Of a stretch of DNA of 59,441 nucleotides, positions 23,124 to 35,021 are shown piece after piece. The notes below the pieces were generated by a model. That model saw nothing but the letters and a program-made list of their open reading frames with translations. It made no database searches and was not told where the DNA came from. Each line of letters starts with the position of its first letter. The first letter of the stretch is position 1. A program made the translations under genes and the position numbers. Location of the stretch: the NCBI GenBank assembly GCA_013115145.1, contig JAAPAO010000163.1, forward strand, positions 1 to 59,441. Direction: 5' to 3'. The DNA is from Perkinsus chesapeaki ATCC PRA-425. Its lineage: Eukaryota > Protista > Perkinsozoa.

Positions 23124-23873
23124 ATGAGATTTTGGTCTACTTGGTCAGTGGTAGTTGCTCAGATAGCGCTCAATGCTGTGGCTCAGCCAGTGGGTAGATA
23201 CACGTACAAGGCGCCAGATGGGCAGCTCAATATTAGTTACGATATCACCTTGTTCAAGCAAGCTTTCTTCAGGTTTCAAATTTTTGGTCTCGGGATCACT
23301 ACCTCCCTCTATCCGCTAACCCGGCAAACTTGGTCCACGTTTGCCTTCGACCTCGGAGACAAGTATATGATACCTCAAGGCTGGTACGATGCAATATCCC
23401 CTCGTCTTGTTATTACCGCTCAACATGGTGCCTTGACGACTCTGAGATTCACGTCTTTCGATACCTTATTCGTGACTCTTGGAGGTAGAAGGTTGAATTT
23501 GGTCAGAGAGGCCTTCCCAATGCAAGAGGGTACATTCTTGAGCGATAGGACTACCTTCAGGAACTTCCGTGTATCCTACGGGGTTGGAGCTAATGGCAGG
23601 TTGGCCATATGGGTGGGATGTGACGACAGTTGGTTGCCAGTTCCATTACTCTATCTCGTTCAGAATGACAATTCCCTGAGATTCAGGTCGTATGATGTGA
23701 CCCCATCTTCAGAGGAGATCAGGAGTCAAGTCAGACGTGCTTGTCCATCATATCGTGTGAGACCAGGAGATTTTTCTAACGTTGTCTTCACATCTTCGAG
23801 AAGCCTTTACATTACTCTTGAAGGTCGAAGTCTCCAGTTGATAAATCCCGAGCCACTTTCTGGAGATCCATAG
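23124..23873 (+). CDS. Secreted two-domain protein of unknown function, paralog A (intronless)
   Basis: Signal-peptide-like MRFWSTWSVVVAQIALNAVA then QPVGRYTY; clear paralog at 25309. Confidence 0.75.
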   Translation: MRFWSTWSVVVAQIALNAVAQPVGRYTYKAPDGQLNISYDITLFKQAFFRFQIFGLGITTSLYPLTRQTWSTFAFDLGDKYMIPQGWYDAISPRLVITAQHGALTTLRFTSFDTLFVTLGGRRLNLVREAFPMQEGTFLSDRTTFRNFRVSYGVGANGRLAIWVGCDDSWLPVPLLYLVQNDNSLRFRSYDVTPSSEEIRSQVRRACPSYRVRPGDFSNVVFTSSRSLYITLEGRSLQLINPEPLSGDP

Positions 23874-25308
23874 GTAGCAGAAATGGCTACCTGAAACTTC
23901 TGTGTGTGAATATTGGTAGTGGAGAGTGCCTACAGTATACGTGACTCGTCACCTTCAGTCACTTATTATTACAATGCTCATCTTTTTGTATCACGCCTAA
24001 ACGGTAGAATCGGGCTTAGTAGGGGCGCTCCTATTCTATTTCGACACCAGTCTATGTACTACTAGTCTTTCGACTCGTTCGTTCAAGCTGGTTGGGTAAC
24101 TTCTTTCAACCTCGTCACTTGTTTAGTGTTTTCAATAGAGTCCTCCAAATAAGCTGAGAATGTCATGTTTTTGTGACCATTCTCTGACAAATTGACGAGT
24201 GTAAGCCCCAAACTCAGAGAGTCTTGCTCTTGTATGGTCTTTAATACACTATCGAAGTTTCAGCATCTAACACTCATAATGAGTGATGACTCATTGGTTA
24301 TTGATAGTTGAGAAAACGTAAATTATCCGAGCCGCATTTGAATATCAATGACGTACAGTACTCGCAGTCGTCCATACACAGAGGTTTATCGGTGATCTCA
24401 CCGCGAGAGTCAAACCTCATATGTTTCTAAAATCAATTACGTTTCCACGATTTTATTCCGATCTTGTGTGTAGAGTAAGTTGGCATTCCAGCGCAGTCTG
24501 ACTGAGTCTTGAAACGAGCGAGCGTTGTCTGCTGAGAACGAGGTACGATGTAAAGCCACAACGGACTTGAGAAAACCCAGACAGGCGCATGTGTATCAGA
24601 TAGACGGCTGGCTGAGCTCTTCGGTGGTCTAGCAAAGTTGGCCAATCCTGAACCCTTCATAGAGTAATTGACAATTACTAATTGTACACAGTGGCCATGG
24701 AGTGTCTGCACCAATCAAGAGTCGCAAGGCTGTTTTGTCGCGTTCTAGAGAGAACGTGCTATGCGAAATGGATTCGTCCCGAGAAAGGAGGGGGTCTGAC
24801 ACTGTCAGCAATAGCGCTGTTATCTTGAGTGCTGAATCGATTAAGACCAAATAGAAGCAAATAGTGAAAAAGGGCATTAACCTTATCGTACAAATAGAAA
24901 TGCTATTATAGTGCTATGGGGCGCAGTTGATCTCTGTGAGAAGTCAGAAAGACGGCCATGATATGTAACTGACACCTTCCTTTATAACACTACTTCTCTC
25001 AATGACTTCGTATTGGTGACGCCTATATTAGGGCACCATCAAGGCTACTCTCTAATTGTTCAGGCCAATCATCCGCAACACCTGGTCGTTGCTTTGGACG
25101 GCTATTGGTAGGCCACCGGCCCGACTACCTACCCAGTTTGGCTTATTTGCAAGCAAAACTTAGGTAATAAACATATGAATATGTTTAATGTATCACATTT
25201 GGTGACGCGGCTGTCCCGCGAAGGCTGTCCCGGGCCGAGTTGCGGATAAGCGCATGCGTGCAAGACGATTGTTGACATACCTGTAAATCTTGCTTCCTAA
25301 CGTCATCT

Positions 25309-26046
25309 ATGAGATTCTCGTCTACTTGGTCGGTGGTAGTTGCACAGCTAGCGCTCACTACTGTGACCCAGCCAGTGGGTAGATACATGTACGATGCGCC
25401 AAATGGACAGTTCACCCTGGGTTACGATATCAATGTGGAAAAGAAGTTTGCTTTCTTCATTGCCACATCAAACTTCACATTCGCCGACTTCTTTTATCCG
25501 CTCACCCAGAAAGGTTGGTTTAGGTATGCCATCAACCTCGAAGGTACTGATAGGACTGTTGATACTTGGTATGATATCGTACTATCCTCCACTAACGGAT
25601 TTGCCCCTCAAACTGGTGATCTGACGATTCTGACATTCACGACTTATGACTCATTGTGCGTGAGGCTCGGAGGGAGAAGGCTGACCTTGTTCAGGAGAGC
25701 CTTTCCAATTCAATCGGGTGCGTTTGCGAACAGGGCAGATGGTATCGATTCCCTTCGTATAAACTATACCGTCCAAGCCCCAAGCGACGTTGCCGTAACA
25801 TTTCGATGTGGGAGTAGAGTGCTGCCTCCTGTATCATTCATTCTCGTTCAGAATGACGATTCTCTAAGGTTCAGATCATATGATTTGGCTCCATCTAGCG
25901 CTGTCGATGCCCTCAGAAGGAGTTTCGCAGATGTTTGTCCGTCGTGTCGTATCAAGGAAGGTGATCTTACCAACATCGTATTTACATATTCGAAAAGCCT
26001 TTACATCACCATCGGAGGACGAAGAACCACTCTGACTATGTTCTAG
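25309..26046 (+). CDS. Secreted two-domain protein of unknown function, paralog B (intronless)
   Basis: MRFSSTWSVVVAQLALTTVTQPVGRY; shares LVQND.SLRFRSYD and SLYIT with paralog A. Confidence 0.75.
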   Translation: MRFSSTWSVVVAQLALTTVTQPVGRYMYDAPNGQFTLGYDINVEKKFAFFIATSNFTFADFFYPLTQKGWFRYAINLEGTDRTVDTWYDIVLSSTNGFAPQTGDLTILTFTTYDSLCVRLGGRRLTLFRRAFPIQSGAFANRADGIDSLRINYTVQAPSDVAVTFRCGSRVLPPVSFILVQNDDSLRFRSYDLAPSSAVDALRRSFADVCPSCRIKEGDLTNIVFTYSKSLYITIGGRRTTLTMF

Positions 26047-28226
26047 CTACCTGAGGTAGCCACTACTGGTAGCTACGAATCCGAATGAGCGCCTACCTGG
26101 GACTTCTGTGTATGAACGGGCAGTGCTCACTGTACACCCATCAATCACCTTGAAACAACTAAAGAGACTTTTTAATGCTTGTATTATCGTGTGATTATAT
26201 CTACGGTGAAATCGGTCTTAGTAAGCTATCCTTGTTGTGCTTCGGCAGGAGCTTATTTACTCCTAATCTTGTGACTCGTTCGCTCAAGCTGATAGCCTAT
26301 CAGTGATATGGTCCATATCATATGGAAACTATTTCCAACCTCGTCGGGCGTGTAGCGTTGCTAGTAGGCGACAATGCTGATCAGTTTGGTGCGAGTCTAT
26401 CCCGAGTCACTAAGACGCGCCGCAGGAGTTTAGAGAGAGGTTACAAAGACACGCCGAAATCAGCTCTCCGCTTCGATTGATGTGCACGATGATTGTAGCA
26501 AAGAGATGCCAAGCCGTCTTCAAATCAATTTTTTCGCGCGACATCCTTTTCGAGCGCTCTGGCGGAAGAAGTGAAGGTCACGATACTGGAATTGCGTATG
26601 GTACCTTGCCATGGTACAACACTCTCGGCTGCTGACCTTCGAGAAGCGGTCATCATAAGGAATCTTGTGGACTTTGCGCCGCCGCCGGTATTGGGATCCG
26701 ACAGAGTTTGCTAATCCCCGGAGATTCAACATTTCTATCGATGGTTGAAGCCCTTCTACCAGTCACCTGCATCGGCGCATTGGGGCGAGGAAGTATAAGT
26801 CCTGGAGGGTGAGTAATTTTTATTATTTGCAGAATACTCGAATTAATAATCGAGACACAAATACAGTAGAAACCGTAATCACTCTGATCAGGAATCCAAC
26901 GCGACGCCATTTCGATTAGAATTTCATATGGGCGGGAGTCGAACAACTTGTGGACCACTCGAAGGTGAGCAAGATCACTTTCTTCAAATCGTTCAACACT
27001 AGGGCATCCAGGAATCCGTTAGCTATGATCATCAAGGAATCCGTTAGTTCTCATGCCATCAATGAGAGCATGGAGTTTGCCTTCGTCAGGAAATTGAGGT
27101 CTTTATTCGCGAGAGTGATATCATTACTCGCTAAAGTAGCGGCTCTAAGCGCAGAAAACATTTCTGAAAGATATACCCCAGTCGTCGTCCGAAATGCTAA
27201 GAGGTAACAAGAATGCTCGCCGAGAGAAGTATCCGATGTGAATATTTACTCCACAATGTGGAGTCCACATTCGATATTTCGCCATGATTTCCTATGGCCA
27301 CACTGTGCCGGCATATTTAAACTAGTCTTGGTCCACTAATATTGCACAATCGAAGAATAAGTGGCCATAAAACAGCGATAAGTGAAACTACTAGGCGACT
27401 CTTCGTCGCGGAAAGTCCATGCACTGTGCCAGAGTAACTGTGGTGTGACGCATGCTACGTACCGCCGCATCACTCGTAAATGACCGAACTCGACATGGGG
27501 TATGGGTTTCATGGCATCGAGGATGAACATCTGAATTCAGGTGATCATGAAAAGTGACATTCCTCTTTCTCTTTTACATAACGAACGATTGCTTTCTTCA
27601 TATCGTGTGCAGGTCTGAAAATACACAGTATGACAGATCGGAAAAGCCACGATTACTCTACTTGCAATCGTCCATACACAGAGGTTTATCGGTGATAGGG
27701 CAAATCTCACCGCACGAATCAAACCACTTCTCGAGAGTCTTTTTTTCGAAAACGTGACCATATGGAGACCTGCGGAGGGTGGAGGCAGCGAGTCAGCGCA
27801 GAGCACGATTCACCTCATAGGATTGGTCATGATTTTTCCATCAAGAGAGCATTTTAATTCTGCTGGCGCGTCCACCAGCTTAGGGCTCGTACGACGAATA
27901 CGCACAGCTTGCTTAGGCTTTTCACTGTCTCCGTTTGTGCTCCCTGATTGCCAAGCATTAATCAGTCATACGACCGATGATATACCTTGCGGCTTTGTGA
28001 TATTCAAAGCAGGCAGGTCACCCAGCAAACTGCCACTAGGATTTTCAGCTTCCGTACCAGATGACGGTCTACGAGGACGAAGTTCGTGCTACGAATTTGC
28101 TGGCTAACGTACATGGTGCCCACATCTGCTTCCCGGCCAGGGCTCTCTTGAAAATTCTCGAGATCAGCAAGCTCCTCTGCTTGGCAGCTGGGGAAGGGTA
28201 TCATAAGTCACTGAGTTGATGGTAGC

Positions 28227-31200
28227 TTACCCCACTATTGATTCCAAAACCTCGGGAGCAGCTACTAGATCGGATGCGCTCAATTCACAACCGGTCACAG
28301 GACACCCTGTGTTACCAGAGCTAAGCCAGTCCTGAGACAGCGAAGTTGCTGTAATGATGAGTAAGACTCCTACGAGTATCGCAGCACGTTCAAATAAGAC
28401 TCCCTGAGGAGTCTTCACCGGGTCTCTCATGAGGCAGCCGGTCAATGCGCAGTATCTGGTAAATCTGTAAGAGTAATACAACTCGTACACGCGTATTCAA
28501 CATATGAGACTCCTCGGAATGGTCTTTCCTTTCATCATCTGGGGCACTAGCTAATTGGTCGGCCCTGAAATACCATGAATTCCATCACCACAGTGTCGGA
28601 TATGATAAGATCTAGCAAAGCTGTGACCTACTCGAGCTCCCCTTCTCCGTCATCATCTTCAATTCCCTCGACATCGGTCACACGACTGACTCTCTTGAAT
28701 GGATTGCCGCGTCGCCACCGACGGCGGCCTCGTCTTCTCGACCTTCTTTAAGAGCTAATAATCCCCAAAGAAGTAACTTGATACTTGTAGTCGTCACTGG
28801 GCCGTCTGACCCTTGTAAGCCATGCACCGTTTTTCTTCTGATTGATGCTGCTACCATTCTCCTCAGGGGAATCCGAGTCGATAGGCTAAACACAAAGACA
28901 CTCGATAGAAGTCCAGAAAAGCTCATACTAGGGGGAGCACAATGATTGCCTACCCCACTAACCTCTACTCCAAGCAAGGCATATACCATGGGGACAGTAT
29001 TGCTGCTCGGGTTTACTGGTAGAGCATCTGATCCTACTTGGACTCGGTGCCTCACTCTCCTTTGCTGATAAGCAATCATAGCGAGCAATCACTGGTGAAT
29101 AGTTACCAGTGTTTCGTCCATGCTCTCGAAAGCCGCGCTGCTAGCAGTGGTGAAGGCCTCCCAATATCGAGAGCTACCATAGTCGCAATTGATGGCTACT
29201 TTCATAAGGATAACCAAAGTCGATGGAGCTTCCTTCATCTGTAAGGCAGCTCAGGCGGGACGAGAGAAGCAGTCTGTCACCTGACGTAGCTCGGCGATCC
29301 GACTAAGCAGCTCTGACTGTTGTAACTGGCAAATAGTGACAATAGACGCACTAAGAAGTCGTCGAGCTTGATGGTAAGTTGAATTTCATGGCAAATATTT
29401 TGTTATTAGGACACTCCATCGATATTCCTTAGCGCAAGAGCCTGGCACAGTTAGGAGCCGTACCGGTCTCCTGAAGGTCTTCACATTAAAGGTTGCAATC
29501 GCCAGAGTCTGCATAGCCGAAGTAAGATTGAACCACTCGATGGACTTCACGCCAACAGTGGAGCCAGCTTCAACGAACACTGGGAAAGAACTCCAGGGAG
29601 AAGTTCGCGAGTGGCATACCCGGAAGAATGTTTTCTATATATGGTAGCAGAATGTCTGGTATGATGCTGGATTTGATTGCCAAGTGCTGACGCAGTTTTT
29701 GGTGGTGCGAGCCTGGTATTGTAGTTCTCGGAAGCTCTATTGGGATCAAGCTCACTGCAGTAGAGTAGACAGTTGTGTATAAGTGTCATAAAGTCCTTCA
29801 TGAGGACATCAGTATTGGAGTGTGAATGCTGATGCTGGCAAACGCAGCGGCCTGAAGGGCAATTTACAGTGTAGATCTTACACAATGTATCAGGGCATTG
29901 ACCAGATCTCACCAAAGCTGTCAACAACATCATACTCAATAACCGAACAGATTAGCTCAGACACGTGAGCGTTGAACCTTTCAGGGGCGTGCAACGACGT
30001 AACTTTTAATAGCGTTACTTCTTAGTTAGCTTTTTGATATCGGTTGAATTGCCATCAACTTCATTATCATTATTGCAGAAGACGCACTCTGGATAGGACA
30101 ACTCTACGAGGCACCTGTGATTGAACTTACTCACAGAGTCCTACTGGAGCTCGGTTGGCCGGTAGCGAAACCCCAACAAAAAAATAGAGTAAAGTAGATA
30201 GAAGACGGGAAGGTGTTACCTGCTGGCGGTCGATTGTAGTTTAAAGTCGGCTACACCTGAGTCACATCTCAAAACGTAAGCCAACATCGATACAACACCT
30301 AGGGTGATGAATAGGTAAGCAAGAAGAGGCTCGCTCACTGGACAGAGAGCCGCTAGCGAGCTCGAGCAAGTGATGTCCTTTAAGAGATTCATGGCCGAAG
30401 CAGTAGGCGAGCAATCCAAGCATGAACACTCGGCAGTTACCAGATACAGAACCTGCTGGTTACCGATACCTTCAAATGCTTAAAACAGTCGACTTTCGGG
30501 AGGCAGAAAATGGAGGCTCTGGTTAGAGCCAGCGTACCGTCATTATCATCTTCTAGAGCGACCAAAGCCTGGTCGTAGATATCGTTCACCTCCTCGAGCG
30601 CGCTCATCACCATTGAGGAGAGATCGTCTTGGGCTTCGAACTCCTACAGTGGTAAGTTAAAGAAGCAACGATCAGTCGCCTGCCAATAGGAGGGAACAAA
30701 TACTTTGAATCCTCAATCCCGGCCAAATTGTGCGCGTCTACTTACGCCTAGTAAACGGTTTACACCGTAAGGACAAAGCGCGTCGGGAATTGGGGAATCG
30801 GCATTCAGGAGGGGTACGGAGAGAAATTGGCCACGGTGTCCTCACACTCTGTCTACATGTCTCAGCACCGCCCGATATGTCCCTCTCGATATTGAAAACT
30901 AATGTTCGCCCAGCAGTCAACGGCAAGATAAGTCCTGTGTTGAAGCGTGATGAATATGCTTCGACACTCAACGCATACATGACGTATTTCGTACTCTTCT
31001 ACGCGCCAATCGCTCACATTGATTATTGCGACCAAGAAACCAAAAACCGCCTCATGCAGTTTGTATGTGTCTCTGCTAGTGATGGGTGTGGATTTAAGGA
31101 CCTTGCATACCTAATCAGCCTCGATGTGGAAAGAGTGATACCCCAATCCTACGCCCAAGATAATGTCAACGAGTTCATTTCTACCATTACTGCTTTCATG

Positions 31201-31467
31201 GCCCGAGGACTTAGATTTTGAATCCTGACACAGTAGCATATCTAACCTCGGCAAAAGAGGATAAAGTGTACTGACCCAGAGACCTAGTATATGGTCCCTA
31301 TCTCTCCATTCAATATGCTGTTCGCGGACGACTTTATCAATATGCAGCAGAGCTTCAGAACCACTATTCATCGCTAGGGGGGCTCCCTTAGAAAAGACTA
31401 ATGCAATAAAGCATGTTTTAGTTGGCGATTTCATCGAGCGGAGGAGCTTCTCCAGCGAACAGGCCAA
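28227..31467 (-). CDS. U-box domain protein (putative E3 ubiquitin ligase), multi-exon with helical N-terminal region
   Basis: C-terminal CALTGCLMRDPVKTPQGVLFERAAIL..WLSSGNTGCPVTGCELSASDLVAAPEVLESI is a U-box; upstream minus-strand helical exons at 29200-31467. Joining them into one gene is inferred. Confidence 0.7.
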
Positions 31468-32466
31468 CGTCCTGTTGGCAACATGTGCCTCTGTAGTGAC
31501 GATTTATCACCACAATACTAAGGGGTTCTGCTCACTTAATAATGCACATGTGAGGACTGATAGTGTTGTCAGTATTTTGGTAGTACGAGGATAAACTCGT
31601 AGATGATGATGTTACAAACACAACAGGCGTACAGTAGCGATAAAGTAGGATCGAACGGGTTGTATCTAACACACTTTCTTATAGCCGTCCAAGCTGGCCA
31701 CGCTTGAGCACTAAGATATCCCGAAAAAGTCTACGAGTTCAACGATGGTATTCGAATATTGCTGTAGAATCAGACACGGCCACCGCCGGAATCCAAAAGG
31801 GGCGAACCTCAATTAAGGCTGCCCGTCCAGAGCACAGACCTACACTGTTACGGAGACCATGAACCACAAACCTTCGGCACAATAAGTTAACACAGAAGAA
31901 AGTGGACATACAATAAGTGTAACATGAGCTGTAAGTACGTAGTAGGTTAATAGCAGAAAACAAGTGAGGAATAATGGTATAAGGTAGCTGAGGGTACGTC
32001 TAATAGCTGATGAGATGCCTCTGTAATGCAAGACATTATTATTATCACATTAATGGCATATTGTAGATAATTATGTGTAATCAAGACGATAGAGCCGTTA
32101 CAAGGGAAGCAAACGACTTTACACGGTATTAATACAAAAGTACGATTCAACAACCTTACGGGTGATTCAATTACTCATGTAACAAATAACGCACCAAAGC
32201 CGCTGCCTCAACCTGATGTAAGTCGCACGTAGGAGACTCCAGGAGCAGCGGTAATACTTCATAAGGAGGAATCGTCTATTTATGTCACTGTGGAGTCTAT
32301 GTCAGCCTTAGCAGCCGAACCACTGCGTTTCCCCTCACATTACAGAGTAATGGTGGTGAAAATATTAGGGTAGTAAATGGCAAAGGACATAGCGGCTACA
32401 GTTTGTATTACGTAGGGAGGGGCAGAAAAGAAAAAGATATACATCGTTAATGACCAAACAACAACT

Positions 32467-33569
32467 GTTTGTGGGATTATAAACAGATCTCCATTTCAAA
32501 GTGATGGTTGGAACTCGACGAAGATGCCTTTCTCCTTCAATTCATGGCGCCGCTTCTCCAATAATGATAAAATCATTTTCTCGGTAACCCCGAGCCGCAC
32601 GGTTGCCCACCTAGAACGAAATCACAAGAGGCAGAACATTTTAACTTTACCTGCAGCGGCCGATACAGTTGAACGAGCTGAGGAAGCCTTCTTGCATAGG
32701 ACTGGACCACCCTATCCCTTCTACTTCAATAGCATGACCAATACCTATAGCAATCACAACCACTATTCTCGCCCGTGTAGGTGCTAAGAGTACTTACCCC
32801 CATCAGGTGTAGTAAGCGACGAGGGTTTATATACAAACCGAAGCCACCAAGCCAACTCCGCCAGAGAAGCTCCGGGATTTTCGTTCGGGGATGCTGAAGA
32901 CTACGAGTCAAGATACTGCCTCCCAGATAGCATGTTTGCTTACATAGGGCGCACGGCCTTGAGTCAACTACACACGCAAGAAGCTTGACCTCATTAACCC
33001 GATGAAGACAAGTGTCCCCTTGTAATTTATCAGAGGGGCAAGGCGTTGGCATAGAAGTACGCCAACCGCACGCCTTTCCCAAAGCCCGAGAGTATCTAGT
33101 AGAGAGAATGGTACACCAATTATAAGCACACTTACCTATCGGGCGAATTGAGCCACGAAGAGCTAACTTGAACCCCGGCCCATGTTAGCTTCGACCCCAC
33201 ATCTCCTTGGCTTGCTACATATATACGATCCACCTGATATTGCTCTGAGGAATGGACTTGAGACAGATTAGTCACCTCATCTGTGGAGTATCTTTCCTTA
33301 ATACTAGTGGCACCAGCACCGTATCCGAATGTATAGTCTGCACTAGCGGTATCGGTTGCCATTATGAGGCGAGAGCCAATCTTCTCGCCGAGGCCCTGGC
33401 GATGGAAGGAACGGTATCGGCAGCAGGAGTCGTCACACTTACAGCAAAAAGCAAGCCTTCTCCCCATAGAATCCAAAACTTCCGTTCTTTTCTGAACTGA
33501 ACCTGAAATGTTACTTCTAGGCAGCAGCCGATTCCGAGTGAATAATAAAATGTCAATAGCATAGGTCAT
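32467..33569 (-). CDS. Hypothetical protein (multi-exon)
   Basis: Exons such as ADYTFGYGAGATSIKERYS, RPCALCKQTCYLGG and SFNCIGRCR|WATVRLGVTEKMILSLLEKRRHELKEKG with GT-AG boundaries. No confident family; ends approximate. Confidence 0.35.
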
Positions 33570-33710
33570 TCCACTTGTCGAGCTACGTTATATTGAAATT
33601 AGAGGCCGGAAAGACCGGAAATCCTCAATAGGAATTTGAGGCGCAGTATATATCTGAGACCAGAAAGCTCTATAGGAAGACTGATTGGGGAAACAATTGA
33701 CGCAACGGTA

Positions 33711-34806
33711 CTAAATCAACTGATGAGAAGTTGTTAATCTAACTCTACCCAGAAAGACAGCTAGCCTACCCAGCGGTGAGGAGGCACCTACCTGAGAGTC
33801 GCTCACCACTACAGTCTCAAGAGGTACGGGACGCGAGCCGGGCATACAGGATGCAACTTCCATCGGTCGTATATGCTTGATCTGGCTACGAGATGGGCTG
33901 AAGCTGATCACCATACCTCGCTCTCGGTAAAGCCGAGGACCTGAGAAATGCATGCACTTGGATTTGAACCTGCGTCGAGGCGATATAGTACCTGTTGTAA
34001 GTCCGATGCAGAACGCTTTCGGAGCAGTGGAATCTCCGGTGTCCAACCTGCTGCCCAAGTTGATGCGAATTGCAACAGAATGGCCCTTCAAAAATGGAGG
34101 AATGACGCAAAGCGGTTTGCCTAGAAAAAACACTGCCCAGTGGTGTGCGAAGAGCCTCCTTACCGATAACGTCCCCGCTGCCGGCACAGATCGTCGTGAA
34201 AGGTCCGACATTAAGCGGCACCCTTTCGGCAACGTCGAGACTGAGGACTTGACGGATCTCCTCTGGAGAAGATCTGCTTATTGCCCTCACTGGAGCAGGT
34301 GGAATTGGAGATAAGAGAGGCTTGCTTTTCTCCACAGGAAGTGGTCTGATAATAAATATTCCAATGAGCTCACCAGAACACTATAGGCCTTACTTCTTAT
34401 CCTCACTGAAAGAAGTCTGATCTGTGAAGGCAATTGTAGACGCCGCCGACTGCGTTAAGAAAGGTGATGGTGCCAGCTGTGGAGCATCTCTCTTATCTAA
34501 GCACATCACAGTTACACTATGCCTTATCGTAGACCTACCCATAAACAGAAGGAAGTCCTCTGCTTGTTTTCGCTGTTGTCTTTGTTGTTCTACGACACTG
34601 ACTGTTGTCTTAACAATCTCTATACCAGCCGAAGGAGCTCCTCCTCTAAAGGAGCTTCCACCTCGGCCGTGCCTCGGTTCAGGGGTTCTATTCTCGGCTT
34701 GAGCAAAACCGTAGTCTCTAGAGAAGCAATTCACCACACTAGGCACGAGACTGGACCAGCCGGTAGAGTTGCTTCTAAGATGATCATCATTTCCTCTAGG
34801 GTGCAT
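33711..34806 (-). CDS. Hypothetical protein (multi-exon)
   Basis: ATG at 34806 (MHPRGNDD...), ORFs 34390-34806 and 33886-34335. May join the gene below it. Confidence 0.35.
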
Positions 34807-35021
34807 CGTTAGGCGTTTTTGGGATGAAGTCTATAGAGGTCTGCTGGGATAAGCACTGCGGTGATGACGGGATTGATGGTTGTAACCGACAAGGCAATGG
34901 AAGCAGACAGACAAATGGCAATGAGACAGGACACCACTATTGGGTGCAAAACAACCTAACAGTGAGTTCTAGAAGCTTGGAGGTTGATAACTCGGAGCAG
35001 GTGAAGATCGAGGAAAGTAGT

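Larger units (their letters stand above)
22118..27725. repeat. Diverged tandem segmental duplication (unit 1 ~22118-24420, unit 2 ~24420-27725)
   Basis: Shared anchors: atgtttct(g/a)aaatcaattacgtttccac at ~22118 and ~24421; gtgacgc...gtcccgcgaaggct at ~23000 and ~25200; paralogous CDS and 3' flanks; gtccatacacagaggtttatcggtgat at ~24370 and ~27670. Confidence 0.75.

Noticed and set aside
30730-31221. 163-aa plus-strand ORF as a separate gene
   Set aside because: Overlaps minus-strand exons of the U-box locus and has no recognisable domain; cannot be supported without RNA data.
32900-32990. CALCKQTCYL as a KDM5-type C5HC2 zinc finger
   Set aside because: The remaining Cys/His ligands and any JmjC motif are not visible.
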